Below, piece after piece: positions 1 to 11,662 of a stretch of 64,000 nucleotides of DNA. This DNA is from Eledone cirrhosa (lineage: Eukaryota), in the NCBI GenBank assembly GCA_964016885.1, contig OZ024740.1:257238001-257302000 (forward strand), given 5' to 3'. The translations under genes were made by a program, and so were the position numbers. Below the pieces are notes generated by a model. The model saw nothing but the letters and a program-made list of their open reading frames with translations. It did no database searches and was not told the origin of the DNA. Numbering within the stretch: position 1 is the first letter of the stretch; each line of letters starts with the position of its first letter.

Positions 1-2055
1 ACAAAACCGCATGTTTGACAACAACCAGAAGATGTTGTTTGGACAGCTTGAAGGGAAAGAAAGAGGCAACGACTTGATCCCTGAGGCGGAACAAACTAAA
101 ACATTCTGGAGAGGAATATGGGAGCAGGATGTTAAACATAATGACAAGGCAGTGTGGATTGAGACAGTACAAAAGGAGATTAGTGAACAGGCACACCAGC
201 AAACTGATTTGAGTATCACAGTTGAAATTCTTAAGGGGCAGGCCAAAAAACTAACCAACAGGAAATCACCAGGCCCAGATGGTGTGCAGGGGTATTGGAT
301 TAAAAATATAACATCCCTCCAGTTGTTGAGCAAAAGTATGAAGTTCTGGAAAACAGAGTTAACATCAGCTGGAGAATCCTTGGGAGGCGTGAAGATCAAG
401 AGAGGTATCTTCCAGGGAGATAGTTTGTCCTCTCTGTTGTTTGTCCTTGCCCTGGTGCCCCTGACCATTATACTGCGAAAAGTGAGAGCAGGATACAAGT
501 TGGGAAATGGAGAGCTTACCATCAATCACCTTTTCTTCATGGACGATCTTAAGCTCTTCGGGAAGAGTGAGAAGGAGTTGGATGTGCTTGTTGACAGATC
601 CGTATTTTCAGCAATGATATATGTATGCAATTTGGTATTAGTAAGTGTGGAGTCCTTGTGATGAAGAGGGATAATTTGAGCAGAAGCAACTGAATCCATG
701 TACCAACAGGTGAGATGATAAAGGAAAATGACACTAAAGAAGGATACAAGTATTTGGGTGTTCTGGAGGCTGATGACATCATGAACAAAAAAATGAAGGA
801 ATTGATAAGATCTGAATACATTCGGAGAGTAAGGAGCGTATTAAAGTCACATCTGAACAGTAGGAATGCCGTAAAAACAGTAGAAGTGCAGTAAATTCCC
901 GAGCTGTGTCTATTATTAGGTACAGTGCGGGAATTCCGAGATGGAATGTTGCTGAACAAAAAGAAATGTATAGGAAAACTAGGATACTATTGACTATCTA
1001 CAACATGTTCCATGATGTCGATAGACACTACTTAAGGAGATCTGAAGGTGGAAGAGGTCTTATCAGCATATAGGACTCTGTTCAGATGGAGAAAAACAAC
1101 CTACACAAATACGTGACTGATAGTAAGGAGCCAATGCTCAAAATTGTACTGAAGGAGAGGGCAATAGACCAGGGGATATACATGGAGGAAGAGCTGCCTT
1201 CATGAAAAATCCCTTCATAGTACCTTCTTTGAGAAAACTGAATTTAGAGATCCACAGACATGGAACTGTTTGAAAAGAGGAGACCTTAAAAAGGCTACAG
1301 AAGGAATGCTAATGGCTGCACAAGAGCAGGCCTTCAAAACGAAGTGGTTGAAACACCATATTTACAAGGAGGAGGTTAGCCCACTGTGCAGGATCTTTGG
1401 AGAGAGAGAGTAGACTGTGACTCACATTGTATCCGAGTGTAAACACCTAGCCCAGACTCACTATAAAGGCTGGAAACATGATGTGATGGGCAGGGTGATC
1501 CACTGGCACCTATGCAAAGTAAACAATTTACCGTATTCTGAGAAGTGGTATGAGCATAAGCCAGAGTCGGTGATAGAAAAAGATCAGGTGAAGGTGCTGT
1601 GGGATTTTAGGATACAGACGGACAAAAAACTGGAACACAATAGACCTGACCAGGTGGTTTGGACAAGGAAAAAAGATCGTGCCTGATCGTAGGTGTAGCC
1701 TGCCCATTTGACACGAGAGTGCAAGAGGAGGGGAGGGAGAAAATTAACCGATACCAGGACATTAAAGTTGGAGGTAAAAAGGATTTGGAACTGCCATGAA
1801 TTCAAAGTGGTCCCGATTGTCATAGGCCCACTAGGTACTATCTCAAAGAGTTTCCAAGGATGGTTAAAGAAAATCGGTCCCGACCCGCTTTTTGGAACAC
1901 TTCAAAAGGCATGCTTGCTGGGAACAGCATGAACTCTCCGATACGTCCTGAATACCTGAGGCTGCAGGTAGTGGCTTGATATTCATTTCAACAAACTTTC
2001 CAGTTAAATAACATGAATGACTGAGACTCAAAGAACAATAATAATAATAATAATT
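1..2055 (+). mobile_element. R4/Dong-clade non-LTR retrotransposon (RT + CCHC + restriction-like endonuclease), decayed, 5' part outside window; family 1 copy 1
   Basis: ORF 11..661 has SPGPDGVQGYWIK, RGIFQGDSLS and NHLFFMDDLKLF; then KYLGV, a Zn-knuckle remnant (CRI..THIVSEC), VLWDFRIQTD..HNRPD and LQKACLLGTA; ends in (TAA)n at about 2038-2055. Frameshifts and internal deletions. Confidence 0.9.
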
Positions 2056-2620
2056 AAGAGAGGGATGGTAGTAGTGCCGCTACACATGAAAAGAAGCGAA
2101 GAAGGTATCAAAAGATATAAATAGACTGGGTTAGTGAACCGGTCAAAAAGCTAACAACAACAACAACAACACCAAAATAATAATTGTTGTTGTATCTATA
2201 AACTATCTCAAAATGTTTAGTTTAAACAATGTGAAATCTAAACTATAATATAATAATAATAATTGTTTCTGCTTTTGGCACGGGGCCAGCAATTGTCCCG
2301 GTGTGTTGCTGGTGCTTTGTTTTGTAGGCCCCGTAAGGATGAAAGGCAAAATAATAATGATAAGCAACAAGTCGAAAAGTTATAGAACAGAACACAGAGA
2401 GAAGCAAACGCAACAACAAACACAAATTTCTAAAGTTTTGAACACAACAACCCCTACTTCCCTTAGCAGCAGCAGCAACAACAACACTAGTAACCGATGT
2501 TACTGGCCTTGAAAAACGCAAAACGCAAAGGAAAAAACAAACAAGCTAACAAAAAAACTATGTCAGACATTCAAACATTGCAATGAAACTTATGTTTATT
2601 TTTTTAAAGTGTTTATCTAT
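2056..2620 (+). mobile_element. Possible Tx1-type ORF1 C-terminal low-complexity remnant
   Basis: A/C-rich CAA/CAG-type sequence loosely resembling the reverse complement of 38380-38640 (shared aaacattgcaa..aacttatg). Weak. Confidence 0.3.
2261..2350 (-). mobile_element. SINE 3' fragment, A>G hypermutated on + strand
   Basis: Aligns to the SINE copies at 11470, 24900, 28547 and 54863; 11 A>G differences (see findings). Confidence 0.9.
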
Positions 2621-2639
2621 TTGTTTGTTGATTAATTTA

Positions 2640-3110
2640 TGTTCGTCTACAGCGTGATGATGCCACGCTAAAATCAACGAGGGTGATGAAATCACCGGTG
2701 GTTATGTAACCATACATTCACCAATCCTCGATATGAGTGTTTAACTCTCGAACCTAAACAGTTCGAATAACGGTGAAGAGGAGACTGGAACGTCATTTGA
2801 AAAACTCTCACCCAGCAATTGCTCCCTGGCCCAGCAGCAGGGACCTGTCTGTCATCCAAACACTGCTGGTGTTGGAGGAAAAAGAAGGAAAGGGAAAAGA
2901 ACCAAGTGAACGAAAGAATTGAATAGAACTGTCATGGAATGTTACCTGAAGAGCATTGAAAAAGGCTATAGGAAACGGATACATAACATCTGGAACGAGA
3001 ATGATCTATTTAAATTAGATGAACAAAAATTGGGCGGGCAGGCTCGGGTAATAAGAACTAATGGATGGATAAGCGAGTTGGAACCGGAGGAACTGAGCAG
3101 AGAGATTAAT
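2640..3110 (+). mobile_element. 5' region / N-terminal ORF remnant of an R4/Dong element
   Basis: TKELNRTVMECYLKS..GYRKRIHNIW..EQKLGGQARVIRTNGWISELE resembles the R4/Dong N-terminal domain; comparable to 40500-40700. Confidence 0.7.
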
Positions 3111-3114
3111 AGAG

Positions 3115-3500
3115 GGTGGAGTATGTCAGGAAAGCGGTGGGGCAATCCTCACAATGGACTCAGCTAATAGTCAGATCAGTCCTACACGCAATAGCAGGTG
3201 TTCGACATAAACCCAGAAGCCAGCAATGGTCGGACAGGTATGGAAGTGCCATCTGCCGGGCCTGCCCGAGATGCGTGCAGGTCGGTTTCGATGCCGTGCG
3301 CGCATCTCGGGCAGGCCCGGCTGACGGCACTTCCATACCTGTAGAGTTTATCTCGAACTAGCAAAGCTCCTCGGTAGCACTGCCAGGCCAGGGATTTCTT
3401 GAATTTGTCCATGGGACCCGATTCGAAAGTTCTCTAAAGTGATTCGTTAGTTGATTTTCATCGACGCCCAGAGCTCCCCAAGGATGTCGTCCCTCCAGAT
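3115..3500 (-). mobile_element. Tx1-type LINE ORF2 C-terminal fragment with internal inverted duplication
   Basis: MDKFKKSLAWQCYRGALLVRDKLYRYGSAVSRACPRC matches 44515..45099; inverted arms 3234-3279 and 3297-3342. Confidence 0.85.
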
Positions 3501-3639
3501 GGTCTCTGTCTTCTGAGGCATGTGAAGCCATCACTGTCTTTGACAGCATTTAGCTGTTTTAACGGCTGTTATAGCGACGAATTTTCTCATTTTTATATGT
3601 ATCTTTAATACAATTTGTATGAATAAATGCCTCGATGAC

Positions 3640-3735
3640 ATAAATACATATATACATATATACATACATACATACATACATACATACATACATACATACA
3701 TACATACATACATACATACATACATACATACATAC
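3640..3735. repeat. (TACA)n microsatellite
   Basis: Direct observation. Confidence 0.95.
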
Positions 3736-3989
3736 AGCAATAGAGGTATACGTACGTACATACGTACATTATATATATTTATATATACTTACATAGATGC
3801 ATGCATATGTCTGTGCGTTTAAGTCTGTGTAGATTATATATACATATCAAAGTGGATTGTATATACACGCATCCTTATATAATATATGTATATACGTGCA
3901 ACTAAACATTGGCGTCAGTATATAAATATTCCACTATAATATGCGAATATATATAAACATACACTCTCGCACCCACACGCACATACAGT

Positions 3990-3993
<4 letters not shown>

Positions 3994-4070
<77 letters not shown>

Positions 4071-4131
4071 TCTCTCTCTCTCACTCTCTCTCTCTTTCTC
4101 TCTCACACACACATATATATATATATATATA
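3994..4131. repeat. (CT)n followed by (CA)n/(TA)n microsatellite
   Basis: Direct observation. Confidence 0.95.
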
Positions 4132-4489
4132 CTATGCACATGTGTGTGAAGCATTTTCGGTTTGTATATATTAGTTATCGGAAAGCAAGCCTCCACTTAG
4201 CCCATGAACAGGACAAGGGTGAGGTGCTGGTGGTGTCGGATGGTTAAATATACCCTGTAAACTAAATGAGAGTGAGAGGGGTAGACAGCAATGGGTTGGC
4301 GGATGTTAGTATATAAACAACATCTATATTCTCACCTCATGCAGTAGTATTTGGATGTTTATTTACAGACAAAATCTAAAAAAGAAACAAAACATACATA
4401 TTTCTTCTGATACACCATTTGACACCAATGACACACAAACAGAAATAGCTATATAAAATCGCAGTTGTAAACATATCCAATATATCTAT

Positions 4490-4640
4490 GGGGTGAACCG
4501 GCAGAATGGTGAGTGCGTCGGCAGTTTTGCCTTCGCATTTCTTCCTGTTCTCTTCACTCTTTCAAGACCCGACGGGATTAATTTTGCCGTTCATCTTTTC
4601 GATCGCAATACATATAGTACCAACACAATACTGGGGACGA
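4490..4640 (+). mobile_element. Old diverged tRNA-derived SINE
   Basis: ggcagaatggtgagtgcgtcgg head and ttttgccgttcatcttttcg..agtaccaa..actgggg core, similar to the younger copies. Confidence 0.6.
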
Positions 4641-5623
4641 TTTTTCCGCTTTCTTTGTAGGAAATCGGCTTCATTCAGACCGGGAGAAGGATGGACACTC
4701 TCATGTCTACAATGCTTGAGGACTGTGCCACTACGACACTATCAAGTTTGAGGGCAACACATTTTAATTTCTAATTCCCATCATTTAAGGCAGAAATTTA
4801 ATATAAGTTTCATGCACCCGCCACCTATATTCTCAATTTGAAACCAATCACACAGGAAACAAAAGTATCTATATCGAACACTCGTCGAAACATTGCCTTG
4901 GACCAGAAATCTATGGGGACAATTTCTGAATTAAGTTATAAGGACAGTGAGAAAGAGGGAGGGGGAGAGGGGGGAATGTGAGGGAGAGAGTGGATGAAGG
5001 AGATAGAGAGATACAGACGTATATAGACAGACATACAGTTAGCGGAGCAGGAGAGTTTGAGAGATTCTTCAAACATAGAAGGAACTGTACAGTGAATTAG
5101 AATATCGCAAAGTGTGCAAACGACCCAAATTTGTACCATAAAAATTGTTTAATAGGACATTTATATATGTTTGGACGCAAACACCGATGAGTGGTTTAAA
5201 CGTTCGATTTCAATCATTTGGTCACCCGTTCTCCCCAACTGGGTGACTAATTTAACTGTCCAATAGCTATGGATGCCAGTCGATCGAAGTCGTATGAAAG
5301 AAATTGAGTAGATGCAAACTGCATGGAAAAGAAACGGATGGATTATATCTGTAGAGCAAAAGTTTAGCCATGTCAAATAATGCGTCAAACCCAGCTGTTT
5401 CCTACTTAAATGGTAGAATTAATCTGTTGCCTTCGGGTGCTTATAGAAGAGTCCACTCAGAGCTGGTTACCAATGTGACGATACTCCCTCCGTTTTGAAA
5501 ATCCTGAAGCTCTGAAAATGGTTTGCAACACTGCCCTTCCATCCCTATCAAAGACTACGGAAAGATAGTCATTTATGACTGGTTACTTGTTAATTGATTG
5601 AATTTTTGAATTCTTGATTTTTG

Positions 5624-5633
5624 AGTAGTGGTC

Positions 5634-5687
<54 letters not shown>

Positions 5688-5695
5688 ATAATAAT
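5624..5695. repeat. (TAG)n microsatellite
   Basis: Direct observation. Confidence 0.95.
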
Positions 5696-6074
5696 GATAC
5701 ATGCAGCCAATACCGTTGCTGTGTCTGTATGTCAATAAACTCATCGTGTCTCGAAGATGGAAGTTTACAAGCAGGAAGTGAAAACGTGACAGAAAGTCTA
5801 AATAGAGGTAAACAGCGACAACACGTGACAACATGTCAAGATGACGGCCATATTGTCATCATCATAAAGAACCACTAGCCCAATGTCTAAATATTATTGG
5901 TGTGTATAGTTACAGAGACCATTACACTATGTGTGTAAACATGGTGTACGTTGTATGGCAACGTACAAGAGGCTAGAGCAAGTGTTATATGGAGGGTGAG
6001 TTGAGGAAGGCAAGAATGTATATAGATAAATATTGTCTATATGTGTAGTTACACACACACACAAACACACAGAT

Positions 6075-6280
<206 letters not shown>

Positions 6281-6514
6281 TGTTCCACCTGTTTGTAGTG
6301 GGGGTGTTACTGTTGTTCGAACTCAATATGTCCTTGCAAAGATAGTTAAAGCGAGATTGGGTGGTGTAGCAGGTAGTTACTGTAATAGGTGACAACCGCG
6401 TAAGGTTTCCTCGAAAAGAAATCCGCCCAGTTTAGAGAGTCATTTATGTATATGCGTTCGTGTATAGAACAATGAAAACAAAACCGATCAGAGATAGGCA
6501 GTTAATTAGTTCAT

Positions 6515-6655
6515 TATGTTATGTTCGTTTCAGAGGGTCGATCGATCATGGAAGATCGATGTATGAACTAGCACGATAGTGAGTACGTTGCTAAATCTTT
6601 CTAGTTTCGAAATTCCTATTCGCTGTTCGATCGACCCATCTTCTTCAGAAACACT
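6515..6655 (-). ncRNA. Decayed type I hammerhead ribozyme with long stem II (Penelope pLTR-like)
   Basis: Minus strand: ugUUU-CUGAAGA-AGAuGGGUCGAUCGA..(long insert)..UCGAUCGACCCUCU-GAAAC-GAAC-AUA-ACA; stem III degenerate. Confidence 0.55.
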
Positions 6656-6689
6656 AAATCATTACTTCATTCGCTATTTATTTATATAT

Positions 6690-7050
6690 ATGTATACGTA
6701 CATACAAATATGTATACAGACGTACTGTAGTATGTATATATATACATACATGCACACATATATATATGCACATATCGGTTTACGGAACATCTATTGCAAA
6801 GCTTGGTTTGTTCGTTTGTAAACAAACAAACAGCCCGAATTACGCCGTACAGTGTTTAGGCAACCACGTCACCTTTTTGTTCAACACTGACACAGGAACG
6901 ATGTACTAGTTTCAAGCTTATTAGCTGTATACACATATGTATACATATATGTATACATATATGTATGTACGTATACATACATACATACTTACATTTAAGT
7001 AAGTGCCGTACTAAGAGTGAGAAATTAAATTTCGTTTCATTCTATTCCAT
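6690..7050. mobile_element. Second, diverged copy of the non-coding hammerhead element at 24119-24846, also with an internal inversion
   Basis: 6860-6926 is the reverse complement of 24570-24640 (including the 3' half of the ribozyme); 6965-7040 matches the reverse complement of 24135-24205. Confidence 0.85.
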
Positions 7051-7081
7051 TTATATATATATATATATATATATTGTTATA

Positions 7082-7580
7082 TTTGGGAGGGTCATGTTGC
7101 CAATTAGAAACACACGCACCAGCTGCTTTCACTTCAATTTATTATAATACATTTATAAATTTAGGAATTTATAAATTTCCGGTTGGTTGGTTATTTCCAC
7201 AAACAGATGGTTGTTTATATATTTTCAAAGTTCTTTCGTCCCACATTCTGTGACCTCTTCAGTAACGCCAAGATGGCGTAGGACAGAACAAAGGAGAGGC
7301 ACAAAAACAAAGAAAAGAATCCCCAGTCACTGAAGAGGTCACAGAATGTGGGACGAAAGAACTTTGAAAATATATAAACAACCATCTGGTTGTGGAACCA
7401 ACCAACCAACCGGAAATTTATAAATTCCTAAATTTATAAATTTATTATAATAAATTGAAGTGAAAGCTGCTGGTGCGTGTGTTTCTTATTGGCAACATGA
7501 CCCTCCCAAAGTATACCAATATCGGTTTCAACACACGTTTTCAGATAAAGAATCTTGCTAAACAAATTCAGAAACGAAAT
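7082..7580. mobile_element. Penelope-like pseudo-LTR palindrome (arms 7082-7263 and 7329-7510)
   Basis: About 180-bp near-perfect inverted repeat flanked by (TA)n; the same terminal sequence is attached to a GIY-YIG ORF end at 21718-22197. Confidence 0.85.
7327..7367 (+). ncRNA. Minimal type I hammerhead motif (mirror copy on minus strand at about 7225-7263)
   Basis: UCA-CUGAAGA-GGUCACAGAAUGUGGGAC-GAAA-GAAC-UU-UGA; 3-bp stem I and imperfect stem II. Confidence 0.6.
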
Positions 7581-7799
7581 ATATATATATATATATATAT
7601 AATAGGGAGACACAAAGCAGACTTTGTTTACAAACAGCTAGCGAATTTGAAAATTTGGTAGTAACAGGTGCTTACGCCGTATTTGACTAAATAGAATCAG
7701 TCTGTTAGTTGGGATTTAAAAAACACCTCTGAATCGGAAAAAAGGATGAGTCTTGACGCACATGGGACACAGACCCACATCTTTATTTTGCCGGACTAA

Positions 7800-9170
7800 T
7801 GTGTTACCTTTACACGAACACGCCAGCCATGCTTCCCTCCATTCAATTAAAATCTACGGTGATGTCGTTGGCCAACGCTGACATGGTTCTCCCGCATCCC
7901 ATTTCGCGCGGGAGGCCCCTCAACGTCTCTAGTTTGTGCAGTAAGGGCTCGAGAGGCAAAACATACAAGGGCTCGAGAGGCAAAACATACAAGCCTCTGA
8001 AGACGGGTCCGAAGCCGGCCGCCGTCAGGACAGCCGCCATATAACGATGGTCGACCCTATCGAAATATTTCCACTGATGTAAATTGATCAAGGGCCCACC
8101 TGTGCCAGATTCCCTAGCTACCCTCTCCACGATGGATCGCGTGAGGTGGAGGTTGTGGAGGGATCTATCTAGAATGGTGCTTGTCTGCGCCTCTCCCACT
8201 AGACCACCGACGACAAGCGAAAACTTCTTCGCTAGTACTTTGGCAAAAATCTTGAATATTGCGTTTAGCAGTGTTATGGGCCTGAAATTATCTATGTTAT
8301 TCGCCTTGTTCTTGTCCTTTCTCAGCAGCCCCACCGCTCCTCGGCTCACAGAACTGGCAATTCTCCCGTTCAGCTGCCAGTTAAAGTAGACGTCCGCCAA
8401 GAGGTCGCCGAACATGTCTGGCTTGTGTATGTAAAGCTCGTAGGGCAGACCAAATGAGGCGATTTACCCATCGTACAGCCATTCATTACTTCCCGTACTT
8501 TAGCGGCTGTTAGTCCATCCTGCAATCTGGCCCGCCGCTGCCTCCGTACAGATGAGCGAACTGTTGCTGAAAAGACGCACACATTTCGAGTAAAAGGATC
8601 AAGTAAAATTCATTCCTCGTCCACCAAAGACCGGATCGTGGCTTTGTTTCCACCACGTGCCTCCGCTACATCCTCAGACCCATCGAACAGCTTTCATCCC
8701 CTCGTGTCTGAGAGCACGCTCCCTAGCTCTGACAACGCGGCCTTCGTGCTTTTCGCTGAAGAATTGGTCGAGGGTCAATTTCGCCGCAACCACGTCGGTC
8801 GCGGCGCCTTTACTAAGCGCCTCATCTAATTTTTTAACTAGTTCTCTCTCTGGTTTATTTTACTCTATCGCTAGCGCCTTACTATAACTAATGGACTCTA
8901 TTCTAATTGCCCTTTTCAGGGCGAACCACCATTTGCTGTTGATGACTGCCCCCGTTAACACCCGCTTAAATAGTTCGCTTTTCCGGTCTCTGTAGGCTTT
9001 GCACATGTCAACGACGCGTTAGCTTCCAGCATCCGGGTCCCTGTCTATGAAGCCTATCTAAGTCAATCGCACATATCACGAAATTTTGGTCTGTGTAGTC
9101 GACTGTCTTGAATTGTGGACAACGTATGCTAGACCTACATATTTCCCTACAAAATACCCAGAATATCATA
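7800..9170 (-). mobile_element. Tx1-type LINE ORF2 fragment (APE end + RT), decayed
   Basis: NFRPITLLNAIFKIFAKVLA, LHQWKYFDRVDHRY, GYWKL-like remnant near 9020; 24-bp tandem duplication (LYVLPLEP x2) at 7943-7993. Confidence 0.9.
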
Positions 9171-9400
9171 AATACCTAGAACAAATCATAATCGATGGTA
9201 ATAAAAGTAAAAATGCTGGTGTCCGTGGTGGTAAAGATGGTGATAATGATAATGATGACTAAGATGGTGATGAGGCTGATTGGCAACATAATGGTGCTGA
9301 TGATGTTGACGGTATCAGTGGATAACATGATCTCATTGGTGATGGTGGTGATGATCATTACAAGGTATGTTACTTATTGTTGTTATAGTGATGATAACGA

Positions 9401-9444
9401 TTGTAGTAGTAGTAGTAGTAGCAGAGGTAGTAGTAGTAGTAGTG

Positions 9445-9492
<48 letters not shown>

Positions 9493-9520
9493 ATAGTAGT
9501 GGTAGTAGTAGTAGTAGTAG
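9401..9520. repeat. (TAG)n microsatellite preceded by GAT/GGT low complexity
   Basis: Direct observation. Confidence 0.9.
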
Positions 9521-10094
9521 GATGTGGTGGAGGAGAGCATTTTAAAAATATATATCTTATCCGGTCTCTCAAACGTTTTAGTCCTACATAAGGTTTTGTT
9601 GTATTAAAAATTTACAAAGAAAAAGAAAAACCTTTGTGATTGGATCAACCCCTGGGGTTATGTGGAAAATAAGACCTGAATCAATGTTTTCACAATGTGA
9701 ACTTTACAATGATAATGGCTCTGTCTGTATTGTTGTTTTTGTGGCTTGTTTTCAGTGGGATAAATGGGAAATTAAGGGCTTATACAATGTTTTGGCAAAT
9801 TAAACTTTACAATGATGAGAGGCATGTATGTATTGATGTTCTGGTGACTTGTTGTATATATGTGTATAATAACCAGATTAGCTAAATCATAATTCAACTA
9901 CCACTTGTCACAATTTTATGACTGATACTGAGATAAGGCCAGTCAATAAAACATTCAGTAAAGACTAAGGTATGTTCGGAAACCGAGTTACACCATATAA
10001 ATGTAAATACACATAACAATACACAATCGTATATACATGTAATCAAATACAGAGGTTTAATCTATACAAATAGACAATCTTTCTCCCACACAGA

Positions 10095-10340
<246 letters not shown>

Positions 10341-10471
10341 CAGAGATATCCACTCTAAATTGTGGGGTCCAGTCTGCATGAAGAACTCAATGTAATCCAT
10401 ATGTTGAAAATGTTGTAGGTTAAAATAAATCCCGGAAAACAATCAAACATTAAAAGGAAAACAGAGTCATG

Positions 10472-10730
10472 ATATAAGTTAAAACAATGAAATAAAAAAT
10501 CAAGTCATTAGAAATATAATTCACTGCTTTACGATCCTTTCTAGGTGATGATAATACATCGTAACTATACTTCGTTATCGATCTATGTAAGGTTAGTTTT
10601 AAAAAAATGTTTGCAACTAACATTACATAGATCGATTACGAAGTATAGTTACGATGTATTATCATCACCTAGTAACGATCGTAAAGCAGCGAAGTATATT
10701 TCTAATGACTTTTTTATTTCATTGTTTCAA

Positions 10731-10737
<7 letters not shown>
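10472..10737. repeat. Imperfect palindrome (arms about 10472-10598 and 10615-10737)
   Basis: ctaggtgatgataatacatcgtaactatacttcg pairs with cgaagtatagttacgatgtattatcatcacctag; ends at (TA)n. Confidence 0.9.
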
Positions 10738-10766
<29 letters not shown>

Positions 10767-11469
10767 AATGAATATATGATAGGCATAAACACTAATACAA
10801 GTATATAAGTGTTTGTATTGCAAATGACCAAGTTAGCTAGATTGAAAAATACTAATTAAATTAATACAGTTTGCCTGTCTCGATTTAAAATAATAAATCA
10901 ATAAAAACAAACCTATATTGGCAACAGCCGTGATACCCGGACAAATTTAAATTTCAAAACTTAAATTTGTTTCGCAACAATTAAGTGAAAATCCCCATTC
11001 CTGTGTTCATCTGCAGGTATCCAGAAATTGGTATGTTTCACTTCAAAATACTTAGGAAGACTGAGAGAAATGTGTTGTTGAACGCACATGTGACCCAGCG
11101 TCTAGCCAGTTCTATACTTGGTCATTTGCAATACAAACACTTATATACTTGTATTAGTGTTTATCCCTATCATATATTCATTTGTATTACACGGCTCAGA
11201 AATATCTCTTTCTTTGAGCTATTTAATTGTAAAAGACTGTTTGAGTTTATAACTCTATATATAATATATATATATATATTTATTTATTTATTCATATTAT
11301 ATAATCTGGTTAAATTTACATATATATAATGAATATCGATTAAGTTACTCAACAAAGGAAGCTCAATGAACATTAAGTACAGAGCATGAATTATACAAAT
11401 TCAAACGATATTCACAAATACTTTCATATATCAAGTTGAGAAACAACTAGTATCATGTACTAGTATCAT

Positions 11470-11662
11470 ATAATTGTTTCTACTTTTGTCACAAAGCCAG
11501 CAATTATCCCAGTGCATTACTGGTACTTTATTTTATTGACCCCGTAAGGATGAAAGGCAAAGTTAACCTCGGTGGGATTTGAACTCAGAATGGCAAGGGC
11601 CGTAACTCTTTGCTGCAAAGCATGGCGTTAGGCCCTCTACCGATACTGCCATCCAATGCCCT
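11470..11662 (-). mobile_element. tRNA-derived SINE with Meta/MESC-like core, subfamily A
   Basis: A box (tggcagtatcggtag), B box (gagttcaaatccc), core ctttgcctttcatccttacggggtc; diagnostic gcccttgccattctgag. Confidence 0.92.

Noticed and set aside
5160-5580. Possible mariner C-terminus or SINE body and a small hairpin at 5218-5250
   Set aside because: Too degenerate to assign.
9550-10000. Possible Penelope C-terminus (QPLGL) and decayed hammerhead near 9955-9990
   Set aside because: Core nucleotides missing; similarity too weak.
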